A DNA stretch of 32,000 bases from Moraxella nasicaprae. Its GTDB lineage: Bacteria; Pseudomonadota; Gammaproteobacteria; Pseudomonadales; Moraxellaceae. A program made the translations under genes and the position numbers. Numbering within the stretch: the first letter of the stretch is position 1; each line of letters begins with the position of its first letter. This document shows, piece after piece, positions 1-9,990 of this stretch. The stretch covers positions 1,710,001 through 1,742,000 of the forward strand of contig NZ_CP089977.1 of the NCBI RefSeq assembly GCF_025643275.1, given 5' to 3'. The notes beneath the pieces were generated by a model, which was not told where the DNA came from, searched no databases, and saw only the letters and a list, made by a program, of their open reading frames with translations.

Positions 1-108
1 CGCAATCAAAAACGGCCACGACATAAAGTAGGTGGTTTTTACCAAAAAAGTACCAATGAGCATTGCCCAGATGGTTTGATTAAAATGAGTGAGGACGGAT
101 TGGTTCAT
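1..108 (-). CDS. 5' end of a membrane-protein gene (MFS-transporter-like N-terminus); the rest lies left of the window
   Basis: Reverse-strand ATG at 108..106 opens MNQSVLTHFNQTIWAMLIGTFLVKTTYFMSWPFLIA and stays open to the window edge. The hydrophobic TM1-like pattern fits MFS N-termini. The fragment is too short for a firm family call. Confidence 0.4.
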   Translation of the reverse strand, partial: MNQSVLTHFNQTIWAMLIGTFLVKTTYFMSWPFLIA

Positions 109-300
109 GAGTGAGATTTTTGCTTGGGGGCTGGCGATTTTTCATTCTATTACATGAATGCTTGAAAATCAATCAAATGATATGATGATTCTTTTGCTCT
201 AAAATTCATCAAAAAAATTCAAAAAAATGCATGACAAGCCATGAAATTTTGGTTAAGATGGTATGCACTGTTATTTTCTAATCAAAACAAGGAGTGTTGT

Positions 301-1281
301 ATGAAATTATCCTTTTTGTCAGGTGCGATGGCACTATCATTGGCTGGTGTATTGATGAGTGGTTTGGTGTTTGCCAAAGACAGTCAGACTGATAAGCCTG
401 AACATTCGTCCGCCAAACTTTTAAAGCAAACCAGCACCGAAGAAATCCTAAAAAATGCCCCACAAGATGCTTGGCAGAGCATTCCTCAATCAAAGTTGGT
501 TTATATCACGCTTAGCGATGGTAAGCAGATTATTTTTGAGCTGGCAGATGAGTTTGCTCCTGCTCACGCCCAAAGAATTCGCACCCTTGCCAAGCAAAAT
601 TTTTGGGACAATGCGTCTGTTTATCGAGTGCAGGACAATTATGTGGCACAATTTGGCTGGTTTGATTTTGCCAATGATAAAGACGGCAAAGAACTGCCTG
701 ACAATGCCAAAGACAAGTTGCCCGTAGAAATCAGTCGTCCTGTGAATCAGGTGAAGTTTGTGGCATTGCCAGACATTGACCCTTATGCAGATAAGACAGG
801 TTTTGTGGGCAATTTTGCTGCCAGCGTCAAAGACGGTCAGGCGTTTGCTTTGCATTGCTATGGGGCGATTGGTGTATCTCGTAATGTGGGCGTGGATAGT
901 GGCACGACTGCTGATTTGTATGCGGTCATCGGTCAGCCTGCTCGTCATCTTGACCGTCAAATTGTGGTGGTGGGCAAGGTGCTACAAGGTATCGAGCATC
1001 TAAGCAGCTTAAAGCGTGGCGATGGCGTGATGGGTTTTTATACCGACCCTGCCAAAGATGGTACAGCCATCAAGCACATTCGCACAGGCGATATGCTCCC
1101 AAGCAATGAGCAGGTAGATTTTGAGGTGTTACGTTCTGATTCAAGCACTTTTATGCAGCTTATCGAGGCTCGCCGTCATCGCACCAATGAATGGTTTGTT
1201 GCACCACTGCCTACTCATATTGACCCTTGCTATTTGTCGCCACAGATGAAAGTTCACAAAAAAGACGAATCAAACTCCTAG
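301..1281 (+). CDS. secreted cyclophilin-type peptidyl-prolyl cis-trans isomerase
   Basis: ORF 241..1281. The internal ATG at 301 follows aaggag and opens a signal peptide (MKLSFLSGAMALSLAGVLMSGLVFA). The motif IFELADEFAPAHAQRIRTLAKQNFWDNASVYRVQDNYVAQFG is cyclophilin-like. Confidence 0.7.
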   Translation: MKLSFLSGAMALSLAGVLMSGLVFAKDSQTDKPEHSSAKLLKQTSTEEILKNAPQDAWQSIPQSKLVYITLSDGKQIIFELADEFAPAHAQRIRTLAKQNFWDNASVYRVQDNYVAQFGWFDFANDKDGKELPDNAKDKLPVEISRPVNQVKFVALPDIDPYADKTGFVGNFAASVKDGQAFALHCYGAIGVSRNVGVDSGTTADLYAVIGQPARHLDRQIVVVGKVLQGIEHLSSLKRGDGVMGFYTDPAKDGTAIKHIRTGDMLPSNEQVDFEVLRSDSSTFMQLIEARRHRTNEWFVAPLPTHIDPCYLSPQMKVHKKDESNS

Positions 1282-1452
1282 TCATCAGATATAAGAAGAA
1301 CACCAGATGGATTGGCAATGAAATAATTTGCCATTTCGTCTGTGAAAAAAGATGCAAAAATAAATAGCACTTGTTATAATACTGGGGTGTTTTACATCAA
1401 ATTGTAAAAGCATCATTTTTATTCACTTAGCATATTTTTTAAGGAAAATATC

Positions 1453-1884
1453 ATGGCTATCGAACGCACTTTATCTATCATCAAGCCAGACGCAGTTGGC
1501 AAAAACCACATCGGCGACATCATCGCTCGCTTTGAAAAAGCTGGTCTAAAACCAGTTGCTATGAAATACAAGCACCTAACCCAAGCAGAAGCAGAAGGCT
1601 TTTATGCAGAGCATAAAGAGCGTGGCTTCTTTGCTGACCTAGTGGCATTCATGACCTCAGGCCCTGTGGTGGTGTCAGTTCTAGAAGGCGAAAATGCTGT
1701 ATTGGCACATCGTGACATCTTGGGTGCTACCAACCCACAAGAAGCAGCTGCTGGTACGATTCGCGCCGACTTTGCAGTAAGCATCGATGAGAACGCTGCT
1801 CACGGCTCTGACAGCACCACTTCTGCTGAGCGTGAAATCGCTTACTTCTTTGGTGCAGATGAGATTTTCCCACGCACTCGTTAA
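1453..1884 (+). CDS. ndk: nucleoside diphosphate kinase
   Basis: 143 aa. It contains [15 protein letters not shown]...[14 protein letters not shown]...RADFA...NAAHGSDS, including the catalytic-His NxxHGSD motif. aggaaaa precedes the start. Confidence 0.97.
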   Translation: MAIERTLSIIKPDAVGKNHIGDIIARFEKAGLKPVAMKYKHLTQAEAEGFYAEHKERGFFADLVAFMTSGPVVVSVLEGENAVLAHRDILGATNPQEAAAGTIRADFAVSIDENAAHGSDSTTSAEREIAYFFGADEIFPRTR

Positions 1885-1919
1885 TTGGTGCTGGCAAAAT
1901 TGATTTTTGCATTAAAAAA

Positions 1920-1954
1920 GCGACTACTGCTCGGTAGTCGCTTTTGTTTTTTTT
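1920..1954 (+). terminator. Rho-independent terminator of ndk
   Basis: Stem GCGACTAC (1920-1927) pairs with GTAGTCGC (1934-1941) around a 6-nt loop. The run ttttgtttttttt follows. Confidence 0.8.
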
Positions 1955-1975
1955 AACACCATCATAAGGAAGTGT

Positions 1976-2956
1976 ATGATGATTTATCCTGCCAAACTCA
2001 AACAAGGCGACCACATTCGTGTGCTTAGCCCATCATCGTCTATCGATAGTATTGGTGGATTTGATGCTAATTTGACTGCCAAAGATAGGCTTGAAAAATT
2101 AGGCTTTATGGTGTCTTTTTCAAGCAACTATCATGCTCATGATTTGTTTAATTCTGCCAGCATTGAAGACAGGGTGGCGGATTTGCATGAGGCATTTGCC
2201 GACAGCTCAGTCAAGGCGATATTGGCAACCATTGGCGGTTTTAATTGCAATGAGCTGCTGCCCTATCTGGACTATGAGCTTATCAGGCAAAATCCAAAAA
2301 TCATCTGTGGTTACTCAGACACCACCGCATTGTTGCATGCCATCACGACTAAGGCAGGGGTGGCGACTTATATGGGGGCAAGCTATTCGTCATTTAAAAT
2401 GAATGAATTACAAGAATATCAGACGATGGCATGGCTTAATGCAATGACTCAAAATCGCTACCAACTGACACCATCGACACAGTGGTCGAGCGATGCGTGG
2501 TTTTTGCCCAATGTAGAGCGTCAATTTTACCCAACCAACTGACGTGTATATACAGCAGGGCGTGCGTCTGGGCGAGTGATTGGTGGCAATTTGTGTACTT
2601 TTGGGCTACTTAACGGCACACCTTTTGCTCCCAAAGTGGATGAGATGGCTGGCGGTTATGTGCTATTTTTGGAGGCGGCAGAAGGCCATGATAGATACGA
2701 CATCTTGCGTCAGATGACTGCCGTCTTGCAAAATTATCCAAATCCTAAGGCACTGCTACTGGGTAGATTTCCAAAAGAATGCCAAATCGATGATGAGACC
2801 TTGTATTTTATCTTGGATAAATATCCGATATTAAAGCAAATTCCTGTGATGACTGACCTTGATTTTGCTCATACCCAGCCTTTGTTTACGCTAACCATTG
2901 GGGCGATGGCACACATTGATACCGATACGATGAGTATTTGGATTGATGAATGTTAG
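1976..2956 (+). pseudogene. S66-family LD-carboxypeptidase (LdcA/MccF-like) interrupted by a single in-frame TGA
   Basis: ORFs 1976..2542 and 2576..2956 share one frame (600 nt apart). Only the TGA at 2540-2542 separates them, and codons 2543-2575 are open (RVYTAGRASGR). The joined product is about 326 aa. It carries the GYSDTTAL Ser-nucleophile motif, GGNL, and a C-terminal DFAHTQP His motif. Confidence 0.75.
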
Positions 2957-2962
2957 TTTTTT

Positions 2963-2991
2963 ATGACTTTCATACAAAAATTTAGTATAAT
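2963..2991 (+). promoter_or_regulatory. candidate sigma70 promoter for rlmN
   Basis: ATGACT (2963-2968), a 17-nt spacer, then TATAAT (2986-2991), about 33 nt upstream of the rlmN ATG. Confidence 0.35.
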
Positions 2992-3023
2992 AAGCCATTT
3001 TATTGCTATTTTTGATAATTTGT

Positions 3024-4238
3024 ATGACCAGCGTCCAAAAAATCCCTGTTATCGCCGCTTCTTGCCCAACCGATGATGGCAAGCAAGACCAATTTGCCAA
3101 TAAAATCAACCTATTAGGAATGTCCAAAGGGCAGTTGGAAACCTTTTTTGAGTCTTTGGGTGAAAAAAAGTTTCGTGCCGTGCAGGTGATGAAATGGATT
3201 TATCAGTTTGGCGTAACCGACTTTTATCAGATGAGTAATTTATCCAAAAAATTGCAAGCCATCTTAGATGATAAGGCGTGCGTTGTGCCACCTAAGGTTA
3301 AGTTTAAGCAGTTTAGTGAAGATGGCACACGAAAATGGGTCTTTGAAGTCGCTGGTGGTTCGCTGGTTGAAACGGTGCTAATTCCTGCCGAAGATAGCAA
3401 AGAATTTGGACGAAAAACCTTGTGTATCAGTTCGCAAGTGGGCTGTGCCTTGGACTGTTCATTTTGTAGTACAGGTAAACAAGGCTTTGAACGAGACTTA
3501 ACACCTGCTGAGATTATCGGTCAGCTGTGGGTTGCCAATGCTTCCTATAATGAAGGGGTGTCGCCTAATGATTATAAAAATATGGTCACCAATGTGGTGA
3601 TGATGGGCATGGGCGAGCCACTGTTAAATTATGAGCCTGTCGTTGCCAGTATGAGCCTAATGCTTGATGACAATGCTTATGGACTATCCAAACGCCGTGT
3701 TACGCTTTCTACTTCGGGTATTGTGCCAAAAATGTATGATTTGGCAAAAGACATTGATGTGGCGCTTGCCATTAGTCTGCACGCCCCCAATGACGAGCTT
3801 CGCAATGAGCTTGTGCCGATTAACAAAAAATATCCATTGGCGGATTTGATAAGAGCTGCCAAGGCCTATGTGTATGATGAAAATCCACGCCACAAAAAGC
3901 ATATTACCATTGAATATGTCATGCTAAATGGGGTCAATGATACGGACGAACACGCTTATCAATTGGTTCATTTATTAAAAGATTTGCCAAGCAAGATTAA
4001 CCTAATCCCCTTTAACCCTTTTCCGCACGCTCCTTACCAGCGGTCTAGCAACAATCGTATTCACGCCTTTTCTAATATTTTAAACAATGCAGGCTTTGTT
4101 TGTACCGTACGCCAAACAAGAGGCGATGACATTGATGCTGCTTGTGGGCAACTGGTGGGGCAGGTGGCAGATAGAACCAGACGAGCGGCTAAATGGCAAC
4201 AGAGCGTGGCAAAACGCCAACAAAATCAGCCGTCTTGA
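3024..4238 (+). CDS. rlmN: 23S rRNA/tRNA (adenine-C2)-methyltransferase, radical SAM
   Basis: Contains [35 protein letters not shown] (RlmN N-domain), [11 protein letters not shown] (radical-SAM CxxxCxxC), GMGEPL, and the C-terminal DIDAACGQL. Start chosen at ATG 3024 rather than TTG 3003. Confidence 0.95.
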   Translation: MTSVQKIPVIAASCPTDDGKQDQFANKINLLGMSKGQLETFFESLGEKKFRAVQVMKWIYQFGVTDFYQMSNLSKKLQAILDDKACVVPPKVKFKQFSEDGTRKWVFEVAGGSLVETVLIPAEDSKEFGRKTLCISSQVGCALDCSFCSTGKQGFERDLTPAEIIGQLWVANASYNEGVSPNDYKNMVTNVVMMGMGEPLLNYEPVVASMSLMLDDNAYGLSKRRVTLSTSGIVPKMYDLAKDIDVALAISLHAPNDELRNELVPINKKYPLADLIRAAKAYVYDENPRHKKHITIEYVMLNGVNDTDEHAYQLVHLLKDLPSKINLIPFNPFPHAPYQRSSNNRIHAFSNILNNAGFVCTVRQTRGDDIDAACGQLVGQVADRTRRAAKWQQSVAKRQQNQPS

Positions 4239-4266
4239 TTTGCCAAAGTGTGTAAAGGTTGCTAGA

Positions 4267-4917
4267 ATGAGATGGTCTTTTGTTGGTAAAAAAATACTCA
4301 GCATCACTCCGGGATTACTGGCGATGAGCTTGATGTGTGCTTGTCAGTCCACATCAAACCAACCCAGACACATCATGACTGATAATCACAGCAATCTGGC
4401 TGAAACCTACACCAAGCTGGCTTGGGAATATTTACAAATCGGTCGAATCGATGATGCCAAAAGACAGCTTGATTTAGCAATCAAGGTAAATGCTCGCCAC
4501 GCACCCGCTCATCGCATTTTGGCACAGGTATATCAGGCAACAGGCGAGCCTAAGCATGCACAGCTTGCCAAAAGCCATTATCAACAAGCACTGTCTTTGG
4601 ATAATAAGGACATGCAGACACATTATGATTATGGTGTGTATTTGACAGCTTGGCAGGACTATGTGTCGGCACTCACGCATTTTGAGCAGGCGGCAGGCGA
4701 GATTGGTTTTGATGGGCGACTGGCAGCGATTGAGAATATTGCCTATATCCGCAATATTTTGTGGGAGCGGCAGCCAACTAAGGCAAATCTGGATTTGGCA
4801 GTGCTGGCATTTGACCGAGCGATTAAGGCAGGTAGCTTAAATGCAGACTTATTAAGTCAGGCTTTGTATTTAAATATACAAAAAGATAAATACACTCAAA
4901 ATAACCCAAATGAATAG
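4267..4917 (+). CDS. pilW: type IV pilus biogenesis/stability TPR lipoprotein (PilW/PilF type)
   Basis: ATG 4267 opens MRWSFVGKKILSITPGLLAMSLMCAC, a lipoprotein-like signal peptide. TPR-like repeats follow (AWEYLQIGRIDDAKRQLDLAIKVNARHAPAH...). The position between rlmN and ispG matches Pseudomonas pilF. The track start at 4087 would overlap rlmN by about 150 nt and is rejected. Confidence 0.7.
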   Translation: MRWSFVGKKILSITPGLLAMSLMCACQSTSNQPRHIMTDNHSNLAETYTKLAWEYLQIGRIDDAKRQLDLAIKVNARHAPAHRILAQVYQATGEPKHAQLAKSHYQQALSLDNKDMQTHYDYGVYLTAWQDYVSALTHFEQAAGEIGFDGRLAAIENIAYIRNILWERQPTKANLDLAVLAFDRAIKAGSLNADLLSQALYLNIQKDKYTQNNPNE

Positions 4918-4970
4918 CGGCAATAAAAGTAAGATTTGCCATATTGTAATATTGATTGTTGGAAAATAAT

Positions 4971-6089
4971 ATGTCCCATCACACCCCCATTACTCGCCGT
5001 CCCACTCGTAAAATTATGGTGGGCAATGTCGCCATTGGTGGCGATGCTCCCATTAGCGTGCAGTCAATGACCAATACCGACACTTGCGATGTGGCGGCAA
5101 CGGTCGCCCAAATACAACGCTGTGTGGACGCAGGGGCGGATTTGATGCGTGTTTCTACCCCCACGATGGACAGTGTACAGGCGTTTGGGCAAATTCGTAA
5201 ACAGGTCAATATTCCGCTCATTGCTGATATTCATTTTGATTATAAAATCGCTTTGGCGGTGGCAGAGGTTGGGGCGGACTGCTTGCGTATCAATCCAGGC
5301 AATATCGGCAATGAGCAAAAAGTCAAAGAGGTCATCGCCTGTGCTAAACATCACGGCTTGCCGATTCGTATTGGGGTCAATGCAGGCTCACTAGAAAAAG
5401 ATTTACAAAAAAAATATGGCGAGCCGACAGGCGAGGCGATGTTAGAATCCGCCATGCGTCATATTGATATCTTAGACCGCCACGACTTTCACGATTATAA
5501 AATTTCGGTCAAGGCATCTAATGTCTTTTTGACAATGGACGCTTATCGGCTCATTTCAGCACAGGTGGATTGCCCACTTCATCTAGGCGTTACCGAAGCT
5601 GGCGTGTATCGTACTGGTACGGTAAAAAGTGCGATTGCACTTGGTGGGCTTTTGCTTGAAGGCATTGGCGATACAATGCGGATTTCGCTGGCGGCCCAGC
5701 CAGAAGAAGAGATTAAAATTGGCTTTGATATTTTAAAGTCGCTTGGTATTCGCTCTAATGGCGTGAATTTTATTGCTTGCCCGTCTTGTAGCCGTCAAGA
5801 GTTTAATGTCATTAAGGTGATGACTGAATTAGAGGCACGATTAGAGGACATTCGTGAGCCGATGGATGTGTCGGTGATTGGCTGTAAAGTCAATGGACCG
5901 GGCGAGGCAAAGGAGGCGGATATTGGTGTGGTGGGGGCAAGCCCTAATTCACTGGTGTATAAAAATGGCGATAAAAGTCATCTGATTGACACCAATAAAT
6001 TGGTGGACGAAATTGAGGCAATGGTACGAGAAAAAGCCAAAGCATTGGCAGAGAAAAGGGCGAATGAGATTTTAAGGGTATCGCAATAA
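4971..6089 (+). CDS. ispG: 4-hydroxy-3-methylbut-2-en-1-yl diphosphate synthase
   Basis: Contains [28 protein letters not shown] and [10 protein letters not shown]...GCKVNGPGE (Fe-S cysteines). ATG at 4971. Confidence 0.95.
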   Translation: MSHHTPITRRPTRKIMVGNVAIGGDAPISVQSMTNTDTCDVAATVAQIQRCVDAGADLMRVSTPTMDSVQAFGQIRKQVNIPLIADIHFDYKIALAVAEVGADCLRINPGNIGNEQKVKEVIACAKHHGLPIRIGVNAGSLEKDLQKKYGEPTGEAMLESAMRHIDILDRHDFHDYKISVKASNVFLTMDAYRLISAQVDCPLHLGVTEAGVYRTGTVKSAIALGGLLLEGIGDTMRISLAAQPEEEIKIGFDILKSLGIRSNGVNFIACPSCSRQEFNVIKVMTELEARLEDIREPMDVSVIGCKVNGPGEAKEADIGVVGASPNSLVYKNGDKSHLIDTNKLVDEIEAMVREKAKALAEKRANEILRVSQ

Positions 6090-6154
6090 GGGTGGATTTT
6101 GTGGAAAATCCATCAAGATGAAGAGCGACAAACACCCATAAGGATAGCGATGTA

Positions 6155-6859
6155 ATGAAATTTACAAAAATGATTGCAATGACCACGATTGCTGGCTTAA
6201 TGCTACAAGGCTGTGCGACCAGTTATCTAAACAGTAAAACGAGAGGTTCGGTCGAATCAGTTGAGCGTGATAATGTGCGTTATATGCTCAGTTATGTGTC
6301 GGCAAACGGTGTGCAAGATTCAAACTATATGGTCATTTTGGGCGATAAATATACTTATGAACTCGATGACAGAAATGCTGGCGGTAGAAAATTACAAGAT
6401 CTCAATAAAATCGGTCAAGTGCTGGATTTAAAGGCGTTTAAACCCAAACCAATTCGTTTTAAATTGGAAGATTCGTTTGGTGGAAGGATTGTGCCAGTCC
6501 ATTATGTGTTCTTTGAATTCTCTTATGACAAACAGGGTCAACCATTAAACGCAGGCGAAAAAGAATTTTTGAACCGTTATTGCTACACACATTTGCCCAA
6601 TCCGTACGGCAATTGCGAAATGAAATTTGAAATGAAAATGTACGCAAAAAGTACGATTCCCAATGCCAAATTACAGCCAGTCAAAGGCAATTATCCAATT
6701 GAAATCGTGAGTTATCACGATAATAAAGTTGCACGAACCGCATTAAAACCATTTGCTTTCGTCGCTGATGTGATTACCGCACCGATTCAGCTTGCGGCTG
6801 GGGCGTTGTTTATGGGCAGTATTGCAGTTGGTTGTGGTACAGGAGATGGTTGCCAATAA
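6155..6859 (+). CDS. hypothetical lipoprotein
   Basis: The signal peptide has a lipobox (MKFTKMIAMTTIAGLMLQG|C). The C-terminal stretch is hydrophobic and Gly/Cys-rich. No family recognised. Confidence 0.6.
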   Translation: MKFTKMIAMTTIAGLMLQGCATSYLNSKTRGSVESVERDNVRYMLSYVSANGVQDSNYMVILGDKYTYELDDRNAGGRKLQDLNKIGQVLDLKAFKPKPIRFKLEDSFGGRIVPVHYVFFEFSYDKQGQPLNAGEKEFLNRYCYTHLPNPYGNCEMKFEMKMYAKSTIPNAKLQPVKGNYPIEIVSYHDNKVARTALKPFAFVADVITAPIQLAAGALFMGSIAVGCGTGDGCQ

Positions 6860-6891
6860 TTTGATTTTGGTCTGACCCTTTTGGAATTGTG

Positions 6892-7770
6892 ATGATGAAT
6901 ATGCAAAAAATTGTCTTAGCCTTAGGAATGGTAACGGCTCTGTATGGCTGTTCATCAAACACGCAAAATAGTCCATCAACCCAAGATATGCCAAAAGACG
7001 ATGTGAATACACAAGCCATTATTAAACAGCGAAATCCTTATTTTTCTTGGGATTTAAAAGCTGGTGGTGCTGAAGATGCACCAGCCTTTTTAGGGCGTGT
7101 GGTGATGGAAAATCGCTGTTTATTGATTAAACATGATGATGGTCGATATTCAATTCCTGTATTTCCTGATAGTATCACGAGTTGGAATGAGCAAAAGCAA
7201 ATTTTAACGGTATATGATGATGAATATCGTCTAGGCGATTATATTTTTAGCAATTATCTGCGTCATGAACCTTATTCAACGCAAAAACAACATCAATTTA
7301 TCAAACAAGCCGATGCACAATGTTTACAAGAAGGGAGAAATATTGTCTATTTAGGGACGATGTTTAGTAAAAAGCTCGCTGTACCACAAGGCAATTATTT
7401 TGCTTATCCATTTGAAGATAAAGGGTTGCCAGAAATTCAACCTGCGAGTATGACTAAATTGGAAAATAAAAACGGCTGTTTGGGATTAAATGATGAGTAT
7501 TTAATCGTTTTTCCAAGTGGTGTTACGCATTGGGACGATAACAAACAAGCGTTAATCATTCGTGGATATGAATTTAAGGTGGGAGATGTTATTTTTTCAA
7601 ATGGGTTTGATGAAGTGGTCTATGATGAAAATCAGCCTTTTGAATTTGCACAAATTGCTCAACCTTATTGTCTAAAAGATGGTATGACTTTGCGTGTATT
7701 AAGAACGCAAATTAAAAAATTAAGTACCGATGAAATGAAACGCTTTGCTCCATATTTATTGGGTAAATAG
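6892..7770 (+). CDS. hypothetical lipoprotein with an internal tandem domain duplication
   Basis: Lipobox LALGMVTALYG|C. The two halves align: NRCLLIK..YSIPVFPDSITSWNEQKQILTVYDDEYRLGDYIFSN..QCLQEG with NGCLGLN..YLIVFPSGVTHWDDNKQALIIRGYEFKVGDVIFSN..YCLKDG. The start is ambiguous (GTG 6889, ATG 6892/6895/6901). Confidence 0.6.
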   Translation: MMNMQKIVLALGMVTALYGCSSNTQNSPSTQDMPKDDVNTQAIIKQRNPYFSWDLKAGGAEDAPAFLGRVVMENRCLLIKHDDGRYSIPVFPDSITSWNEQKQILTVYDDEYRLGDYIFSNYLRHEPYSTQKQHQFIKQADAQCLQEGRNIVYLGTMFSKKLAVPQGNYFAYPFEDKGLPEIQPASMTKLENKNGCLGLNDEYLIVFPSGVTHWDDNKQALIIRGYEFKVGDVIFSNGFDEVVYDENQPFEFAQIAQPYCLKDGMTLRVLRTQIKKLSTDEMKRFAPYLLGK

Positions 7771-7808
7771 TTTGATATACTAAAATGAATGTAATATAGG
7801 ATTTAAAA

Positions 7809-9089
7809 ATGAGTAAACTTACCGCCATTCGTGGCTTTAATGATATTTTGCCCACCGAAACCGCCAAGTGGCGTGCGGTGGAAACGATTTTAACCCAAGT
7901 GCTTGATGGCTACGGATATAGTCAGATTCGCCTACCTCTGGTGGAGGAGACTGAGCTGTTTGCTCGTGGCGTGGGCGAGGCGACCGACATTGTCGAAAAA
8001 GAGATGTTTGGCGTGGTGCATGGCAATCAAAATACAGGCAAGGACGAGAGTGAAAAGTCGTTCACACTACGCCCAGAGGGGACAGCAGGGTGCGTGCGTG
8101 CGGTCATCGAGCATAATTTGACACGAGGCGATACGCCAAAATTGTGGTATATCGGTCCGATGTTCCGCTACGAACGCCCACAAAAAGGTCGTTATCGTCA
8201 GTTCACCCAGCTTGGGGTGGAAAGTTTTGGTAGTGCCTTGCCTGATGCTGATGCCGAGCTGATTGCGATGACAGCTCGTATGTGGCAAGCATTGGGCATT
8301 GACCATGAGGTTAAATTGCAACTAAATACTTTGGGTGAGGCACATGAACGCTTGGCATATCGTCAGGCTTTGGTGTCATATCTGATTGCACACAAAGACC
8401 AGCTAGATGCCGATAGCCAGCGAAGACTGGATACCAATCCGCTACGAATTTTGGATTCCAAAGATGTCAAGACCCAAGAAATCTTGGCAAATGCACCAAA
8501 ACTAAATGAATTTTTGGGCGAAGAGACTTTGACGCATTTTCAAACCGTGCAGGATTATTTGACGGCATTGGGCATTTCATTTGAAATCAATGATAAGCTG
8601 GTGCGTGGTCTTGATTATTACAATAAAACCGTCTTTGAATGGGTGACTGATAAACTTGGCTCGCAAGCAACCGTGTGTGGCGGTGGTCGTTATGACGGTT
8701 TGGTGGGTATTTTAAAGGGCGATGCTGATAAATCCGAACCTGCGGTGGGCTTTGCCATGGGTCTAGAACGCCTCATGTTGTTGATTGAAGCGGTCAATCC
8801 AATGCAGGCACAGGCTGAATGCGATGTGTTTGTGGTTGCTCACCCAGAATGCTATTTGCACGGTTTGCAATATGCTGATAAACTGCGTCAGCACCGCCCA
8901 ACTTTGAGAGTAAAAATGGCATCAGCAGCCAGCCTAAAAGCTCAAATGAAAAAGGCGGATAAATCAGGTGCATCGCATACCATCATCATCGCTCATGATG
9001 AGGTGGCAAATCGTGTAGTTACACTAAAAACAATGGCAACAGGCGAGCAGGCAACCGTGCCAGCCGATGATTTTGATAAGATTAGCTAA
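7809..9089 (+). CDS. hisS: histidine--tRNA ligase
   Basis: 426 aa with class II motifs: [46 protein letters not shown] and GFAMGLERL. Confidence 0.97.
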   Translation: MSKLTAIRGFNDILPTETAKWRAVETILTQVLDGYGYSQIRLPLVEETELFARGVGEATDIVEKEMFGVVHGNQNTGKDESEKSFTLRPEGTAGCVRAVIEHNLTRGDTPKLWYIGPMFRYERPQKGRYRQFTQLGVESFGSALPDADAELIAMTARMWQALGIDHEVKLQLNTLGEAHERLAYRQALVSYLIAHKDQLDADSQRRLDTNPLRILDSKDVKTQEILANAPKLNEFLGEETLTHFQTVQDYLTALGISFEINDKLVRGLDYYNKTVFEWVTDKLGSQATVCGGGRYDGLVGILKGDADKSEPAVGFAMGLERLMLLIEAVNPMQAQAECDVFVVAHPECYLHGLQYADKLRQHRPTLRVKMASAASLKAQMKKADKSGASHTIIIAHDEVANRVVTLKTMATGEQATVPADDFDKIS

Positions 9090-9105
9090 TTATTTGGATA
9101 AGATA

Positions 9106-9936
9106 ATGACAACTCAAACCGATAATCAAAACGCAGATAAACAGTCAATGATGGCATTAAAAAAACATGGTAATACCATCTTGACGATTGTATTGGTGGT
9201 GCTGGCGGCTTATTTTGGCTGGCAATACTATCAAAATCATTATGCCAAAATTGATACCGTGGCGGCTGATGCTTATACAAACATCAGTAATACCAATGAG
9301 CAGTTGATAATGACTGCCCAAAATTCACAGCTGGACGAAGCTGCCAAAAAGAAACTTGTCGATGAAGAAAACAAGCTGTTTGCCCAAATCGATGATTTGG
9401 TGGCAAAGCATGGCGATACTACCTATGCGTGGCAAGGGTTGATGATGAAAGCTCGTCATCAGGTGGATAATAATGACCTAAAAGGAGCGATTGCTTCACT
9501 TCAAGAAGCCAGCAAGATTGAGCTTGATGATGGCTTGACGGCAATGACTAAGATTCGTCTGGCTCGTGTGATGCTGGCTGATGGCGATACAGAGAGTGCA
9601 TTTGCAACCGCCAATGAAGCATTGCCACAGGCGTTCGAGGCATCTCGTCAAGAGCTTTTGGGCGATATTTATCTTGCCAAAAACGAAGTGGATAACGCCA
9701 AAAAAGCCTATACATCAGCTTGGGAAGCCTTGCGAGCTCGTCAAGAAAACCGTGCAGTGCTTAGCCTAAAATTACAATCTTTGGGCGTGGTCGTTCAGCC
9801 GATTGAACCACCTGCTGCTGTGGTGGCGACTGTCAATACTGCCACAACTGATGCAGCACAAGCCACAGATGAGGCAACTAAGCAGCCTGCTGATGGTCAA
9901 GCAGATACAAAAACCCCACAAACAAGCAATCAATAA
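9106..9936 (+). CDS. yfgM: YfgM-like membrane-anchored TPR-like protein (UPF0070)
   Basis: ATG 9106. An N-terminal TM segment (ILTIVLVVLAAYFGWQYY) precedes a helical repeat region. The position between hisS and bamB is syntenic with yfgM. The C-terminal tail is low-complexity and Ala/Thr/Gln-rich. Confidence 0.65.
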   Translation: MTTQTDNQNADKQSMMALKKHGNTILTIVLVVLAAYFGWQYYQNHYAKIDTVAADAYTNISNTNEQLIMTAQNSQLDEAAKKKLVDEENKLFAQIDDLVAKHGDTTYAWQGLMMKARHQVDNNDLKGAIASLQEASKIELDDGLTAMTKIRLARVMLADGDTESAFATANEALPQAFEASRQELLGDIYLAKNEVDNAKKAYTSAWEALRARQENRAVLSLKLQSLGVVVQPIEPPAAVVATVNTATTDAAQATDEATKQPADGQADTKTPQTSNQ

Positions 9937-9990
9937 TCAGACATTTGCCATTACAATGATGATGTATCATCAACATAAAAAGGATATCGT

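Noticed and set aside
2540-2542. TGA read as selenocysteine or Trp (recoding) in the LD-carboxypeptidase
   Set aside because: I see no SECIS-like hairpin immediately downstream. TGA functions as a stop for other genes in this window. S66 peptidases are not known selenoproteins. A nonsense mutation or base error is simpler.
4087-4266. Upstream extension of the pilW ORF overlapping the rlmN 3' end; similar long track starts at 241, 3003, 4956, 9067 and 15042
   Set aside because: The extensions overlap the preceding gene or lack an SD. Internal ATGs give canonical N-termini: a signal peptide or lipobox, the RlmN N-domain, or the LpxB GEVSGD motif.
6090-6154. Hairpin GGATTTT-gtgg-AAAATCC after ispG as a terminator
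   Set aside because: No T-run follows, and the next gene starts about 35 nt later. It is insufficient for a terminator call.
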